Assembly (NCBI RefSeq): GCF_006345805.1
Contig: NW_021836872.1
Location: 1 to 36,818 of the forward strand
Length of the DNA: 36,818 nucleotides
Reading direction: 5' to 3'
From: Octopus sinensis
Taxonomy: Eukaryota
Shown here: one piece after another, positions 1-10,620 of the stretch
How positions within the stretch are numbered: position 1 is the first letter of the stretch
Layout of the letters: each line of letters starts with the position of its first letter
The notes under the pieces: model-generated
What the model saw: only the letters and a program-made list of their open reading frames with translations
The model's database searches: none
Told to the model about the DNA's origin: nothing
Position numbers and translations under genes: made by a program

Positions 1-2613
1 TGCATCGAAAGTGTTAGCGGCGAGGTTAGCACTCGACTAACATCTCAAAGCTAAACATAAAGGGTGCATTGTCAGGGCTAAGATCCGTGCAATGAGACAG
101 GAAGGGATCAACGCAGTCGGATGGGCCCGGGTGGTAGAGGGCCAGCATGGCAACAACTCAACCATTCGATCCTTGACGGGCCCAAATGGTCGATTAGTAA
201 ACGAACCCGAGGAGATGTGCAAGGTGTTTCATGATCATTTCGGCCAGCTATTCGGGAGGAGCGGCGAGCTGGAGCGCGGGGAGAAGCTCGCAGAGTTCCT
301 AGCCGGTTCGCCGCGTCTATCGAGGCCGGACGCGGAATCTTGTGAGGCGCCGATCACAGCCAAAGAAGTCGAGGATATGTTGGCAGACTGCGGCGGGGAC
401 AAATCGCCGGGACTCGATGATCTGCCTTACGAACTCTATAGTAGCATGCCAGACTTGTTTGGGCACCTACTTGCATGCGTGTACACCAACTGGCAGCAGA
501 ACGGGAGAATTCCTAAGTCTGTGAGCCGAGGGGTGGTAGCGCTGTTAAGAAAGGACCCAAACAAGGGGGATTTAATTGATAATTTCCGGCCTATCACTCT
601 GCTTAACGCAGAGTTGAAGATCTTGGCCAAGGTCTTAGCAAAAAGGTTGGCGCGGGTCTTGGGTGAACTTGTTGCGAGGCGCAAACTTGCGCCATCCCTG
701 GAAGGACCATCCACGACAATCTCCACTTTCTACGCTATGCCTTAGAAAGGGTAAATAGGATTCCTGGCAAGAGTGGGGCTATGGTCCACTAGGACCAATC
801 GAAAGCGTTTGATAGGGTGGACCATCAGTATCTGGCGGCGGCTGGCTTCGGCCCGACCTTCCGCGGATGGATCATCGCTTTATACAGCAACATCGAATCG
901 GTAGTTCGGGTAAATGGTTTCCTTTCGGAGCCGTTCAGCATTGAACGTTCGGTACGTCAAGGGTGTCCTCTCTCCCCGCTTCTCTACGTTTTGGCCCTCG
1001 AGCCGTTGCTGAGGAGGTTGGAAACTATGAAAGGCACTCCGCAAGATCTTGGGTGCGGAAAGTCAGCTTCGGCGCATGCGGACGACATCACCGTCATCGT
1101 TTCCCGAGTCGAGCACCTACAGTGGGTGGGTGAGGCCTTAAGGGACTACGAAACGGTGGCAGGAGCGAAAGTCAACCGGGATAAATCGGTCGGCTTGCAA
1201 CTCGGCACCTGGAGGGGCAAGACGATTTCTTCCGACAGCGTCGTAGGACGTTGGACGGAAGGACCGGTGAAAATGCTTGGGATCTGGTTAGGTCCAGATC
1301 TCCAGATAGAGAAGAACTGGAGCGAGGTGGCGAGAAAGGTGGCTCTCCTAACTCAGACATGGTCTGAGCGGAAGCTGTCCTTGAAAGGGAGGGCGGAGGT
1401 TGCAGAAGTGTTTATCGCCTCTGTAATCACTTACCGCCTGACCGTCGTGCCTTGCCCTGATCCGTGGCTGAACAAACTGGAACGCATGCTCTTTCGCTTT
1501 TTGTGGAGGGGCAGCAGACCTCTTGTAAGGCGCTCTATTTGCTGCCAAAAGCCGCTGAAGGGTGGGTTAGGGATGCCGTGGCTAAAAATGCGCTCAGGCT
1601 TAGGCACCTCGGGATTTACCTGGACGGTGAGCAGGTGTGGTCTCCGTTTGTCAAGCTGTTATTTCCACAGTTCACATCGTTTAACGAACTGAACCCATGG
1701 ATCAAGTGTAGACCGAGGTTGGGCATGTGGCATGCAGAGTGCTATCAGGCACTCGTGCTTCTTTCCCAGTCGGGCAACGCCGGTGGCGGGGGTACTACCT
1801 CGTTCTTCTATAGAGGGTTAGTAGAGTTTAAGTGTGACGACGTCCTAGGAGAAACTCTGGGCTTCGACGAAAATCAACTGGCCAGCCTGTTCCAAAGAAC
1901 ACTCGGTCCGGGGCCTATGGATAATTACCAAAAGTCCCTGGCCTGGCAATGTTACAAAGGAGCTTTACCGGTTCGAGATAAGCTCTTTAGACCTGGGTGT
2001 GCACCTTCGCCGGTTTGTGCAAGATGTCCTGCACGGAATTGTGCAATGCCCGAAGGTGACTGAACTCTGGGCTTATGTCGAACACCTGCTGTCGCATTCG
2101 AGAAGAGTACAACTGTCAAGCGAATCTGTAATTAAGATCGGTCCGCCGACCTTCCTGAATAGGGAGGAGCGAGCCTGGTTTATTTCGGTAGTTGCTATGG
2201 CGAAAGAAGTAGTGTGGAGGACGAGAGTAAAAGGAATTGCAACAGGCCTGTTTATCTCCAGTCTCGAGCTAATCGACTTTTTCGTTTTCCACATGAAACG
2301 GAAAATAAGGCTGGAGAAGAAATGCCTGTCGCAAAGTGTGTTTCGTAAAAGATGGAAGTCTATAGCAAGTATGTTGCGAGTGAAAGAACCTGTTTTATCG
2401 AGAATGTAGAAAAGGAGAAATCGAAGTCTTCAGCGTATGTGGTTTGTGGGGTCAACCGTGTCCTCCGCTTCATTTTTTGTTATTCACTCATTCTCATTTA
2501 ATTGTATATATTTTAATTGTTTGTTTATTCATACGTTTCGTCTCATTCGAAACCCTGACTCCAACGTTTGTTTGTCTCCTCTTTTTCTCAACCTTATGCT
2601 GAATAAAGAAATA
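1..2613 (+). mobile_element. Tx1/L1-clade non-LTR retrotransposon, 3' part of ORF2 (RT + C-terminal Cys/His region) and 3' UTR; pseudogenised, runs off the left edge
   Basis: ORFs 92-745, 817-1692, 1464-2063 and 1999-2409 join into one ORF2: KSPGLD.LPYELY, NFRPITLLNAELKILAKVLAKRL, DQSKAFDRVDH, QGCPLSPLLYVLALEPL, SAHADD (YADD decayed), C-terminal CARC...H...C. Frameshifts lie near 675, 1590 and 2030, with a premature TAG near 790. The final stop is at 2407-2409 and AATAAA is at 2602-2607. Confidence 0.88.
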
Positions 2614-2632
2614 CTCTCTCTCTCTCTCTCTC
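2614..2632. repeat. (CT)n microsatellite directly abutting the 3' end of the Tx1 element
   Basis: Sequence reads gaataaagaaata|ctctctctctctctctctc. Confidence 0.9.
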
Positions 2633-2639
2633 ATAAATC

Positions 2640-3005
2640 CTTTCATTCTTTATACGGTGGGATAGAAGTGAAAATAGAGAAGAAAGAGAGAAGAATAAAT
2701 TACACAGAGAAAGAAAAGGAGGAAGTGAAAGTAGAAGAGTCTGAACGGACATACAACATTGAAATGCTATCAGCTTATTTATCTACATAACCTAATTGGT
2801 TAGACGATAATAGAACGATAGTAGAGTGAGGGTAAAAGAGAGAGAGAGGTAAACAACAAAACAATTGGTTGACCTAAAAGTTGTCGATGGCTATGTAAGC
2901 AAGGTAAAAATATATTCTGATCTTCTAAACGGGCTTGGTTTAGGTTTTACATCCGCGTTTACTCTATATAATGTAAATGTAAGGATATCATTGTCGTCGG
3001 TAAGT
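2640..3005 (+). promoter_or_regulatory. Candidate promoter / non-coding first exon of the host gene, ending at splice donor TCG|GTAAGT (3000-3005)
   Basis: Non-repeat-looking GA-rich segment with several retained CpGs and a consensus GTAAGT donor. The ATG exon at 16753 has an acceptor, so an upstream UTR exon must exist somewhere. Assigning it here is inference only. Confidence 0.25.
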
Positions 3006-3221
3006 AAATATTGTTTAATATTCATCTAAAGCTTGAATACAAGAAAACATAACTTGCTTTATAATTTCAACTGTCCAATTACAGAAGTTTAAGTTCATAT
3101 TCGGTTTAAATTTGGAGGTTTTATGTCTATTTAAGCGCCTCACAAAAAGCAGAGTAGCTTATTTAAACATGCACGCATAAAATGTGTAGACACACTGGTA
3201 AATTTTTACTGTTATCCGATA

Positions 3222-3252
<31 letters not shown>

Positions 3253-3336
3253 ATATTTACATGTATATGCGTGCATACATATATATTCTCTCTATACATT
3301 CACATAACACAACAGTATGTATATATATGTATGTGT

Positions 3337-3340
<4 letters not shown>

Positions 3341-3398
<58 letters not shown>
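3341..3398. repeat. (AT)n microsatellite
   Basis: Direct reading. Confidence 0.95.
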
Positions 3399-3402
<4 letters not shown>

Positions 3403-3570
3403 AATATTAGGGAATGAATCCAAAATTACAGGGAAAAATCAGATTTAGGGTTAAATCCATTTTATAGTAAAATATTATATAATATAATTCGAGACAAAAC
3501 CACTATTTTAAAACCAAACAAGGAAAGACTTAATCAATACATAAAATTTTAATATAAATTAAATAAACCG

Positions 3571-3614
3571 CCACTACAATTGTTTCATATCTGCTACCGA
3601 CAATCTTCAGGTGG
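3571..3614 (-). ncRNA. Minimal type I hammerhead-ribozyme-like motif (stem II degenerate)
   Basis: Minus strand reads CCAC-CUGAAGA-UUGUCGGUAGCAGAUAU-GAA-ACAAUUGU-A-GUGG. This gives stem I CCAC/GUGG, core CUGANGA and GAAA, palindromic stem III ACAAUUGU and a UA (UH) cleavage site. Stem II pairs only weakly. Confidence 0.55.
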
Positions 3615-3678
3615 ATTTTCGATCTTCTAATCAGTATCAAAATTTGATACTGATTAGAAGATCGAAAATCCACCTGAA
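3606..3678. repeat. Perfect palindrome: 36-bp arms with a 1-nt spacer
   Basis: ttcaggtggattttcgatcttctaatcagtatcaaa (3606-3641) is the exact reverse complement of 3643-3678, checked base by base. Confidence 0.97.
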
Positions 3679-3689
3679 AAATTGATATC

Positions 3690-4280
3690 TTTTAATGAAA
3701 TGTTATAAATATACTTCAGATGGTGCAGATTCTAGTGATATCGGCATTAGTTATAGGAAAAAATTTCCTGAAGGTGGGGAAGAGAGTTTCCGAAAATTTA
3801 CAAAAGTCTGTTTTGTTTTTCTCATACCTTTCAGGAAACTGGGCATTTTTTCCCTTTTTTAATGAAATTTTCTATAAACACCATTCAGATAGTGTAGATT
3901 ATGTTTGTATTGGAATTTAATATGTAAAAGAAAGTAAAAAAAGATATGGGCTTGCTCCCATTTATAATGACAAACAATTCTTATTGAACTTTCGAGTTTC
4001 ATTTTGTGGTTTATATCAGTGTGTATTTGTGCGAGATCGCCAATTACTCTTTCATTTTAAATACGATACAATCTTAACATACACTGTTTGAAAGATATTT
4101 ATAGAAAATTTCCTCAATGAAAATCTATTTTACTGAAAGTTAGGTAGAAACAAAGCCAACTCGTATAAATTTTCCGAAACTGCTCTCCCGACACTCGGAA
4201 AAACTTTTTCGCAACAAGTTTCGATATAATCGAAGTCCACACCTTCTGAATTCCAATTGTAAAGCATTTCATTCGAAAAA
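3690..4280. repeat. Diverged long inverted repeat (arms about 3690-3910 and 4070-4280, spacer about 160 bp)
   Basis: For example gaaattttctataaacaccattcagatagtgta matches the reverse complement of tacactgtttgaaagatatttatagaaaatttc, and gagtttccgaaaattta matches the reverse complement of taaattttccgaaactg. Roughly 70% identity by eye. Confidence 0.7.
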
Positions 4281-4328
4281 GTAAGTTATGAGGAAACAAA
4301 TCGGTGGTGGGGCACAGTTGTGTAGGTA

Positions 4329-4331
<3 letters not shown>

Positions 4332-4372
<41 letters not shown>
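4332..4372. repeat. (TA)n microsatellite
   Basis: Direct reading. Confidence 0.95.
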
Positions 4373-4375
<3 letters not shown>

Positions 4376-4452
4376 CTGTTTATATCCGCCTAAAAGTTAT
4401 AAATCGTGTTTGTGTGTGCATGCATATGTACATTAGAGATACTGTGCTACGA

Positions 4453-4525
4453 TGCGCATACAGTCTTCAGACGGATGTGTGTGACACACATACAGACACA
4501 TATCCGTCTCAAGTCTGTATATGCA
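4453..4525. repeat. Imperfect hairpin, 30-bp arms (25/30 matching) around a (CA)-rich loop
   Basis: tgcgcatacagtcttcagacggatgtgtgt versus the reverse complement of acacatatccgtctcaagtctgtatatgca. Confidence 0.75.
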
Positions 4526-4689
4526 TACGTTAGCTCAGTGACGCCATTAGACACTCATCCACTGACCAGGAACTAAATTTGCTTGGGGTGTGCAAAGCAA
4601 AGTCCAAAAGTTTCTACGAACAAGATAGACTTTTCATTCTTAATACCAAAACAGAAGTATAATAATAATGTTTTTATTATGGGGGTCGA

Positions 4690-5480
4690 CTGAATAGGAC
4701 CTGTGTGCTGGAGCATTCTCCTGATGAAACACGGCCCTCTTCATCAGTCTTCCTGGGCGTTTGGTCTTAGTAGCCTTTCATAACTGCCTTAGCAAGTTGG
4801 CATAGCACTCTCCATTGAAAGTGTGACCCTTATGAAGACAGTCAATAAGCACAATGTCTTTTATATTCCAAAAAATCGGGGCCATAACCTTCTCTGTAGA
4901 TGAAACAACCTTGTCCTTCAGTGGAGCCGGTGAAGAGAGGTGTTTCTTTCCACTGCATGGATTGCTTCTTTGTCTCTGGCTCAATGTGATGAACCCAAAA
5001 ACATCCTGGGTTAGGAAACAATCAAGGAAACGTGCTGGATCCACCTCAATGTCAGATGTTCTCGTGATCAACCTGGAGCATTTTTGATCGGGTGTCAGAA
5101 CGTGTGACACTTAGCGAGCAGAAACCTTAATCAAGCTATGTTCATTTTGCAGAATATCTCAACTCTCTCACAGGATATACTAACAGCACTGGGTATTTAA
5201 TTTATAGTCAATCACCTATCATTCATCATTATGTGATGAACACAATATCTTCCGTGGTGGCAGCAGCAGCAGCAGCTGCAGGACATCCAAGCCATGATTT
5301 TTCTGAAGACTATCTCTTCCCTTGCTAAATTTAGCTGCCACTTTTGTACTGACAACAAGGCAGGAGTGTCAACCCTTAATGTATCATGTCTACATGAATA
5401 ACATCGGCATGAATGTCCTTGAGTGCCAAAACCTTTCCCTGTAGGTACTTGATTACAGCACGATGCCAAATTTTGTCTGT
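4690..5480 (-). mobile_element. Decayed mariner (Tc1/mariner) transposase
   Basis: Minus-strand frames give DKIWHRAVIKYL, VQKW..KF..GR.SL, KVSAR*VSHVLTPDQK (WVPH-like), KVMAPIFWNIKDIVLIDCLHKGHTFNGECYANLL, and KRPGRLMKRAVFHQENAPAH. Many stops and frameshifts. Confidence 0.85.
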
Positions 5481-7699
5481 TTTCAAGAGAAGTTGCTAAC
5501 AATTATTTTTGAAGTTTTCTCCGGACAGTCAGATATCATTATATCTGGAAAGAAACAATGCATTTATTAAATAGGAGAATTGAAATTAATGCAAGCAAGA
5601 TTTCACAGCTCTTTCATCACTCTTTTATAGACAGCCTATGAAATTTTCATCCTACATTCGTACACATGGAAAAGTGTCTCAAAGCATTCCAAAAACTTTT
5701 CTGCATGCACTCATTTTAGCAAAGACACTTTCTACGAGGATGTGCAATGCATTTTTATTATGCATTATGGCACTATGTGCTAGAGGGTGCTGTGTGATTG
5801 TGGTACAGAGCCTGTTCTTCAAATGGTGAATGTGTTGGATGTTTGCTCATTTGATGCTACAGACACAGGTGAAGACAGAATAAGCTGTGTTAGCATCAGC
5901 ACTTGTAGCATACTAGAATGAAAAACAACATCAGAAGCTCTCCGTTTTTCTACAATGTCACGTTGAGAATACTGACAGATTTTAGAATTCCTGGTTACGT
6001 ATGTTGAAGCTGTAAAGTTTAATTAGTATTTGGTGGGGTGGGGGTTTTGATAATGGTGGTGGTATGTGTACTTTGACATTGGCTGATACTGCTTGTACGA
6101 ATTGTGCATCTTGAAACAGATGTGTTAATAGATTTTACTTTATTTACAGTTTGTAGATTTATGATAGTGCTGTGAGGTATACATTCAGATTGAGCTGGAG
6201 TTTTTTCTTTGGTAATTTTAAAGTTTATTGAAAATTTTAAAATTTGGTGTATTGATGCAATTCTCCACACTGAATCTCAGGGGCTAATTCACTTTTTCCA
6301 GAAATTTAAAAAAAAAAAAGTTACCGAAGTTTAAAGTTTCATAATTTTTATCCAGTCATAAAACAGAATTTGGAAGCTATAATTTTGTATGTTCCAGCAC
6401 GTGATGTCAACTGTAAACAAATGAAATATTGACGAAATTCTGCTTTATGCACACCATATAACCCCTCATAAATTTTTTATATTTCGGAATTTTCAGAAAA
6501 TTTTTGTGAATTTGTATTCTACACACAAGAATTCATACAATTATGCAAAAATGGAAATGCATTAGGAAATGTCTGAGGGATTGTTTACAAAGTATGATTT
6601 ATTATGAAAGGAAAATTGTTTTAATATCTCTTATACAATTCCAAAATTGCATGGCTTTCATGCCGGCTTTCTTGTAGACTAATTGAAACGAGAATGGCTG
6701 TTGGTCTACACATGATGTGATATTTGTCTTTAACTCTCCTTACCAAATAGTGCTAAATTTTCTATGTTCATTATGTGATCCACTCCAGAATGATAGCTAT
6801 ACATCATTGTAATCATCTTGACTGGCTCCAGTGAGTTGCAGGGCTGCATCATGCTCCGTTTCAGCTTTGAGATCATTTCTCTGGCAGGATACCCCCTTTC
6901 TAACTCTAACCACTTTACAGTCTGTACTGCATGCTTTTTCATGCCACTGGCAGTTTTGAAGTTGCTAAGTAACTTGCAAGACAAAACAGAACAAGAAAGG
7001 AGAAGAAGAAAAACAGCCCTGTGTGACTTTCTACCCGGAACAAGCAAATGTGTGTTACTATAGAAAAGAAGCATGGCTACCCCACATTTAGATAAGGGTG
7101 GGTGACAGATGGTTGTGATGAGGTGCTAGAGCAAAACCTTCCAAGAGAAAGAGATAAAATGGGTAGTGGATCAGGAGGGAAGGAAGAGATGGTTAGAGAT
7201 GGGTGTAGAAGGGAATGTAGGGAATGATGTGGAGAGGAGGTGTGGCTTAAGTGGAAATAGCATTATGGAGTGGGGTGTAAGTTGAGAGAGAAATAAGTGA
7301 CTCAGTGCTAATGGATCAGAATGTAGAGGATGATGAACAAGGCACAAGAGCAGTGGGAAGAGGGATGTAGAGATACATAAGGGTGGCTATAGTGAGTGGG
7401 TGTGGTGCGAGAATGAGAGCAAGTATGAAGGGTGTTAAGGTAAAATATGGCAGAGAAGAGCTGGGGAACGGATGCTTGTTGAAAGAGATAATAATTAGAA
7501 GGAAGGATGGAAACTGAGGGAAGGCCATAATTGGTAACACATAGTGTTAGGGGATGTAATAGTGTCAAGGAGGGATTGATGTTGGGGAGCTGAGATGTGG
7601 GGATGTTTGACAGGGCCCAGCACAAGCAAGCATAACCAAGGTGATCTTAGGACCTTATATTTGCTGTGATGGATGGGTCTTATCAAGTATAATGAATCC

Positions 7700-7975
7700 C
7701 CAATCATTCAGTTCTTTGTCTTCCTGGGTCACCCTTTTCAACAAGTTCCATCCACTTTAAATGACCAGCATTTCTTTATGCAACTGTTCTCATCCATTTA
7801 CATCACATAACCAAACCAGTGCAGTCTTCACTTTTACATGCTGCATTTGATTCCTTGTATGCCAGTTTGCTGTACATGAAACCTGACATTGCACATCCAT
7901 TGGAGCATACTAGTTTCATTCCTCTCTAGTCTTTGCATGTCCTCTATATTCAGAGTCCACATCTCACCACATCAT
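7700..7975 (-). mobile_element. RTE-clade LINE fragment (family A), C-terminal ORF region
   Basis: Translates as EMWTLNIEDMQRLERNETSMLQWMCNV...RLHWFGYVM*MDENSCIKKC...KG*PRKT. Confidence 0.75.
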
Positions 7976-7984
7976 GATAGTGTT

Positions 7985-8345
7985 GATGATGGGTGCTGGT
8001 GAGGAGCGTTGTGTTGGAGATGTAAGGGCAAGTGCGGCAGCATGGGCGGGAGCAGGGTAATGAGCTGGGTTTGGGAGGTTGAGTTAGGGAAGAAGCTGTG
8101 GACCAAGAGGTCTTGTAGGTTGTGGGCTCATTTGAAGGAGGGGAGGGGGTCAGTTAGGGAAGATATGCGAAGTGGAGGGGTCAGACTGGAGTCACCGTAA
8201 GGCTCGGAGAATGGTGCGTTGGAGAGGTAGGGTGGTGGGGTGGTAGGTGAGGAGAAACGGGAGACAGTGGGGCGGGTGCAGGGGGAGAGAGCAGATGCAT
8301 GGTCCACAGAATATGCTCTGGCAAGGGCAGTGTGGATAGTGGTGA
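7985..8345 (-). mobile_element. Penelope-like element fragment (linker between RT and GIY-YIG)
   Basis: With frameshifts, the minus strand gives LTYHPTTLPLQRTILRA..LQSDPSTSHIFP....SFK*AHNLQDLLVHS....PCSRPCCRTCPYISNTT. This is the typical PLE linker with its PC.RP.C.TC Cys cluster. Confidence 0.6.
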
Positions 8346-8939
8346 GGATATATATATATATAAATGTGTTTATCTATCTGCCTGTTTGTGTGTGTCAGTT
8401 TATCTGTTTCTCTATCTACCTACTTACACAAACCCACCACAAATCACAAAAAATATGCAGTATATTGATTATGTTATCCTGTACTCTCCAGAGATGGTTG
8501 GTATGGAAGAAAATTTGAAAAACAGTCACCACATTTTCTTAATTACCTGCCAACTTAGAAGAGTCAGGCTTACATAATCAGGCTTTTACCTAACATCCTA
8601 CTGAACCCCAGTGCAAAACCAATTTGTAAGATTGGCCACGATGGATGTATAATATTTCAAATTTACAGAAAACAAAAGAGGAAGACAGGTGAGGGAACAA
8701 CAGGTAGATGTATGAATTCAACGCTCAGGAAGAATGGAAAAGTCTTTGATATTTCAAGCTCATGCTCTTTGACAGAAAAGATTGAGTGGAGGAAAATGGA
8801 GAGAGAAAAAATGTGTAGGGATATATAAACTATACACTGTGATTTGTGTGTGTGTGTGTCTGCTTGTCTTGACCTTGCACAATACTCATGAATGTGTCAG
8901 CATCATACATTTGGTGTTGCTCATTTCCAATCATCCACA

Positions 8940-9095
8940 AAAACATGTCCTGTCATGCAGAAAACATAACATTCTTGGAATCAAAGGAAGGTTGGGGAAA
9001 AGAGGGCCATCCAGTCAGAGAAAATCTGTCTCGGTGAATTCTTTCTCACTCATGTTAGTATAGAAATGTGGACATTAAAATGATGATGTTGATCA
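8940..9095 (+). mobile_element. Degraded RTE-type 3' tail (5'-truncated RTE or RTE-dependent SINE)
   Basis: gggccatccagtcagagaaaatctg...ctcatgttagtatagaaatgtggacattaaaatgatgatg resembles the tails at 24070-24210 and 36360-36500. Confidence 0.45.
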
Positions 9096-9499
9096 TGAAT
9101 TACTTCATATATTTGTAGACAATATTTATTTGTTGTATAACCTGGTTTGGCCTAAATTATCCTATTTTAACTCATTGTTCTGGCTTTCCAGCCAATTTGA
9201 AAGTCTGTCCCAGTTTTTAATAATCTTGAAATATTTATTTGTTACTATCTTTATTATTTGACAGAAAGGTGCAAGACATTGGTGCTAATTAGTCTTACTA
9301 AACCCTAATGAAACACTTGTAGCAGGAACCCAGTTGAGACTCAAAATTATAATCTTGTACTTCATTCATACACACGAAAAAGTCCAAATATTTAGAATTG
9401 TTCCTCCAGTTTCAAAAAAGAAGGAAACAGATGACCATTGGAAAACCAGATTGTCCCTGGAGAAACTAACTAGTGACTGAGAATCTTGTGTTGAGACAA

Positions 9500-10100
9500 A
9501 CTATGACATGTTCAAGTATTTATAATTGTTAACATTGGGCCTTATATTACATGCATTTTCCATGAGAAAGCCAGAAACACTGCAAAACTTGTTTGATTTA
9601 ATTTGTCTTGCAAGTATCTCACCAAAAGTGGCTGCTAAAGAAGTTAATTTTGCTTTTCATACTGTTTCGCATGACTTGAATTTCAAAACATCTGACTGCT
9701 TATGAAAGATGATCTTCACACATTTTAGCCAAAGTTGCAGCTAGTCCTGACAAAATGGGAACCTGTAAATTTTTATGCAAAATTTGGAAGGTGCTATATT
9801 GGCATTAAATGAAGCTGAGGTGTACATATTGTGCACAACTTCATGCCAATTAATATCAAATAACTCATGAAAATATTAAAATATTTTCTAATATATACAG
9901 GTCATTTAATGTCTCTAAAAGAATTTTGTGACTTCGCCAGTGTGGGATACAAAAACATAATACAACATGGTAATATATCAGCAGTTGAAATAATTCTTCA
10001 CGTTTGTTCTAGCAGAATTCTGCTGGGACTGGCAAAACAGGAAGATATGTTTTTAGTTTGAATATGGATAGATCAATTTTTTCAAGAAACTGGAGTACAA
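9500..10100 (+). mobile_element. Decayed DNA-transposon transposase, probably hAT superfamily
   Basis: VAAKEVNFAFHTVSHDLNFKTSDCL*K (from 9628) and KILKYFLIYTGHLMSLKEFCDFASVGYKNIIQHG (ORF 9867-10061) resemble motifs I recall from invertebrate hAT-like transposases. Not search-verified. Confidence 0.5.
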
Positions 10101-10620
10101 TACTAAGTAGCAGGAGAAAAAACTATGAATTTGTACCTCAAAACGGAAAGGTTTTGCAGAGAAACCAGGACAAAAAATTAGGAAAAGCATTGGAAAAGTG
10201 AAGAAAGAGTGTAAAAGGTTTTATGAAAGATGTCTCCCATACCTAACCTATGGAAAGAGAACTTTAAACCAGCAGAAGACTGTTGTGGTTAGATATTTTG
10301 GCTAATTGTTTTACAGTCTACAGTTAAAATCAAAGGATTGAAAAGCAATTAGTAAACATTGGTCAGTTATTTGATGTGGCTGTTATTGCAAAGTCTTTGA
10401 GCTTCTAAAGCAGAAGTTTGGGCAACACAAAACTTTACGCATGTAAAATAGTGGCCAAATTATTTGCTCATTGCTAAGAGAAAATCTTAGTGCTGTAGTA
10501 TGCATTCACTATCTACATAGTACTTTTGCACCAGTGCATATGTGGTCAGAAAAGAGGTGCAAGTTAAAGTCAGTGGTTTTCTAATTACTAAATTAAACAC
10601 CCACCTAAGCTGCTCAGATA

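Larger units (their letters stand above)
3400..3680 (-). mobile_element. Probable Penelope-like element terminal (pLTR-type) fragment with a short inverted duplication of its end
   Basis: Contains a minimal hammerhead-like motif followed on the minus strand by an AT-rich tail running into (AT)n. Its end is duplicated in inverted orientation (3606-3678). No ORF support. Confidence 0.45.

Noticed and set aside
5261-5275. (CAG)5 as a polyglutamine coding repeat
   Set aside because: It lies within the decayed minus-strand mariner.
6730-7074. Overlapping ORFs 6730-7074 (-) and 6818-7063 (+)
   Set aside because: No recognisable motif or splice context; probably decayed repeat sequence.
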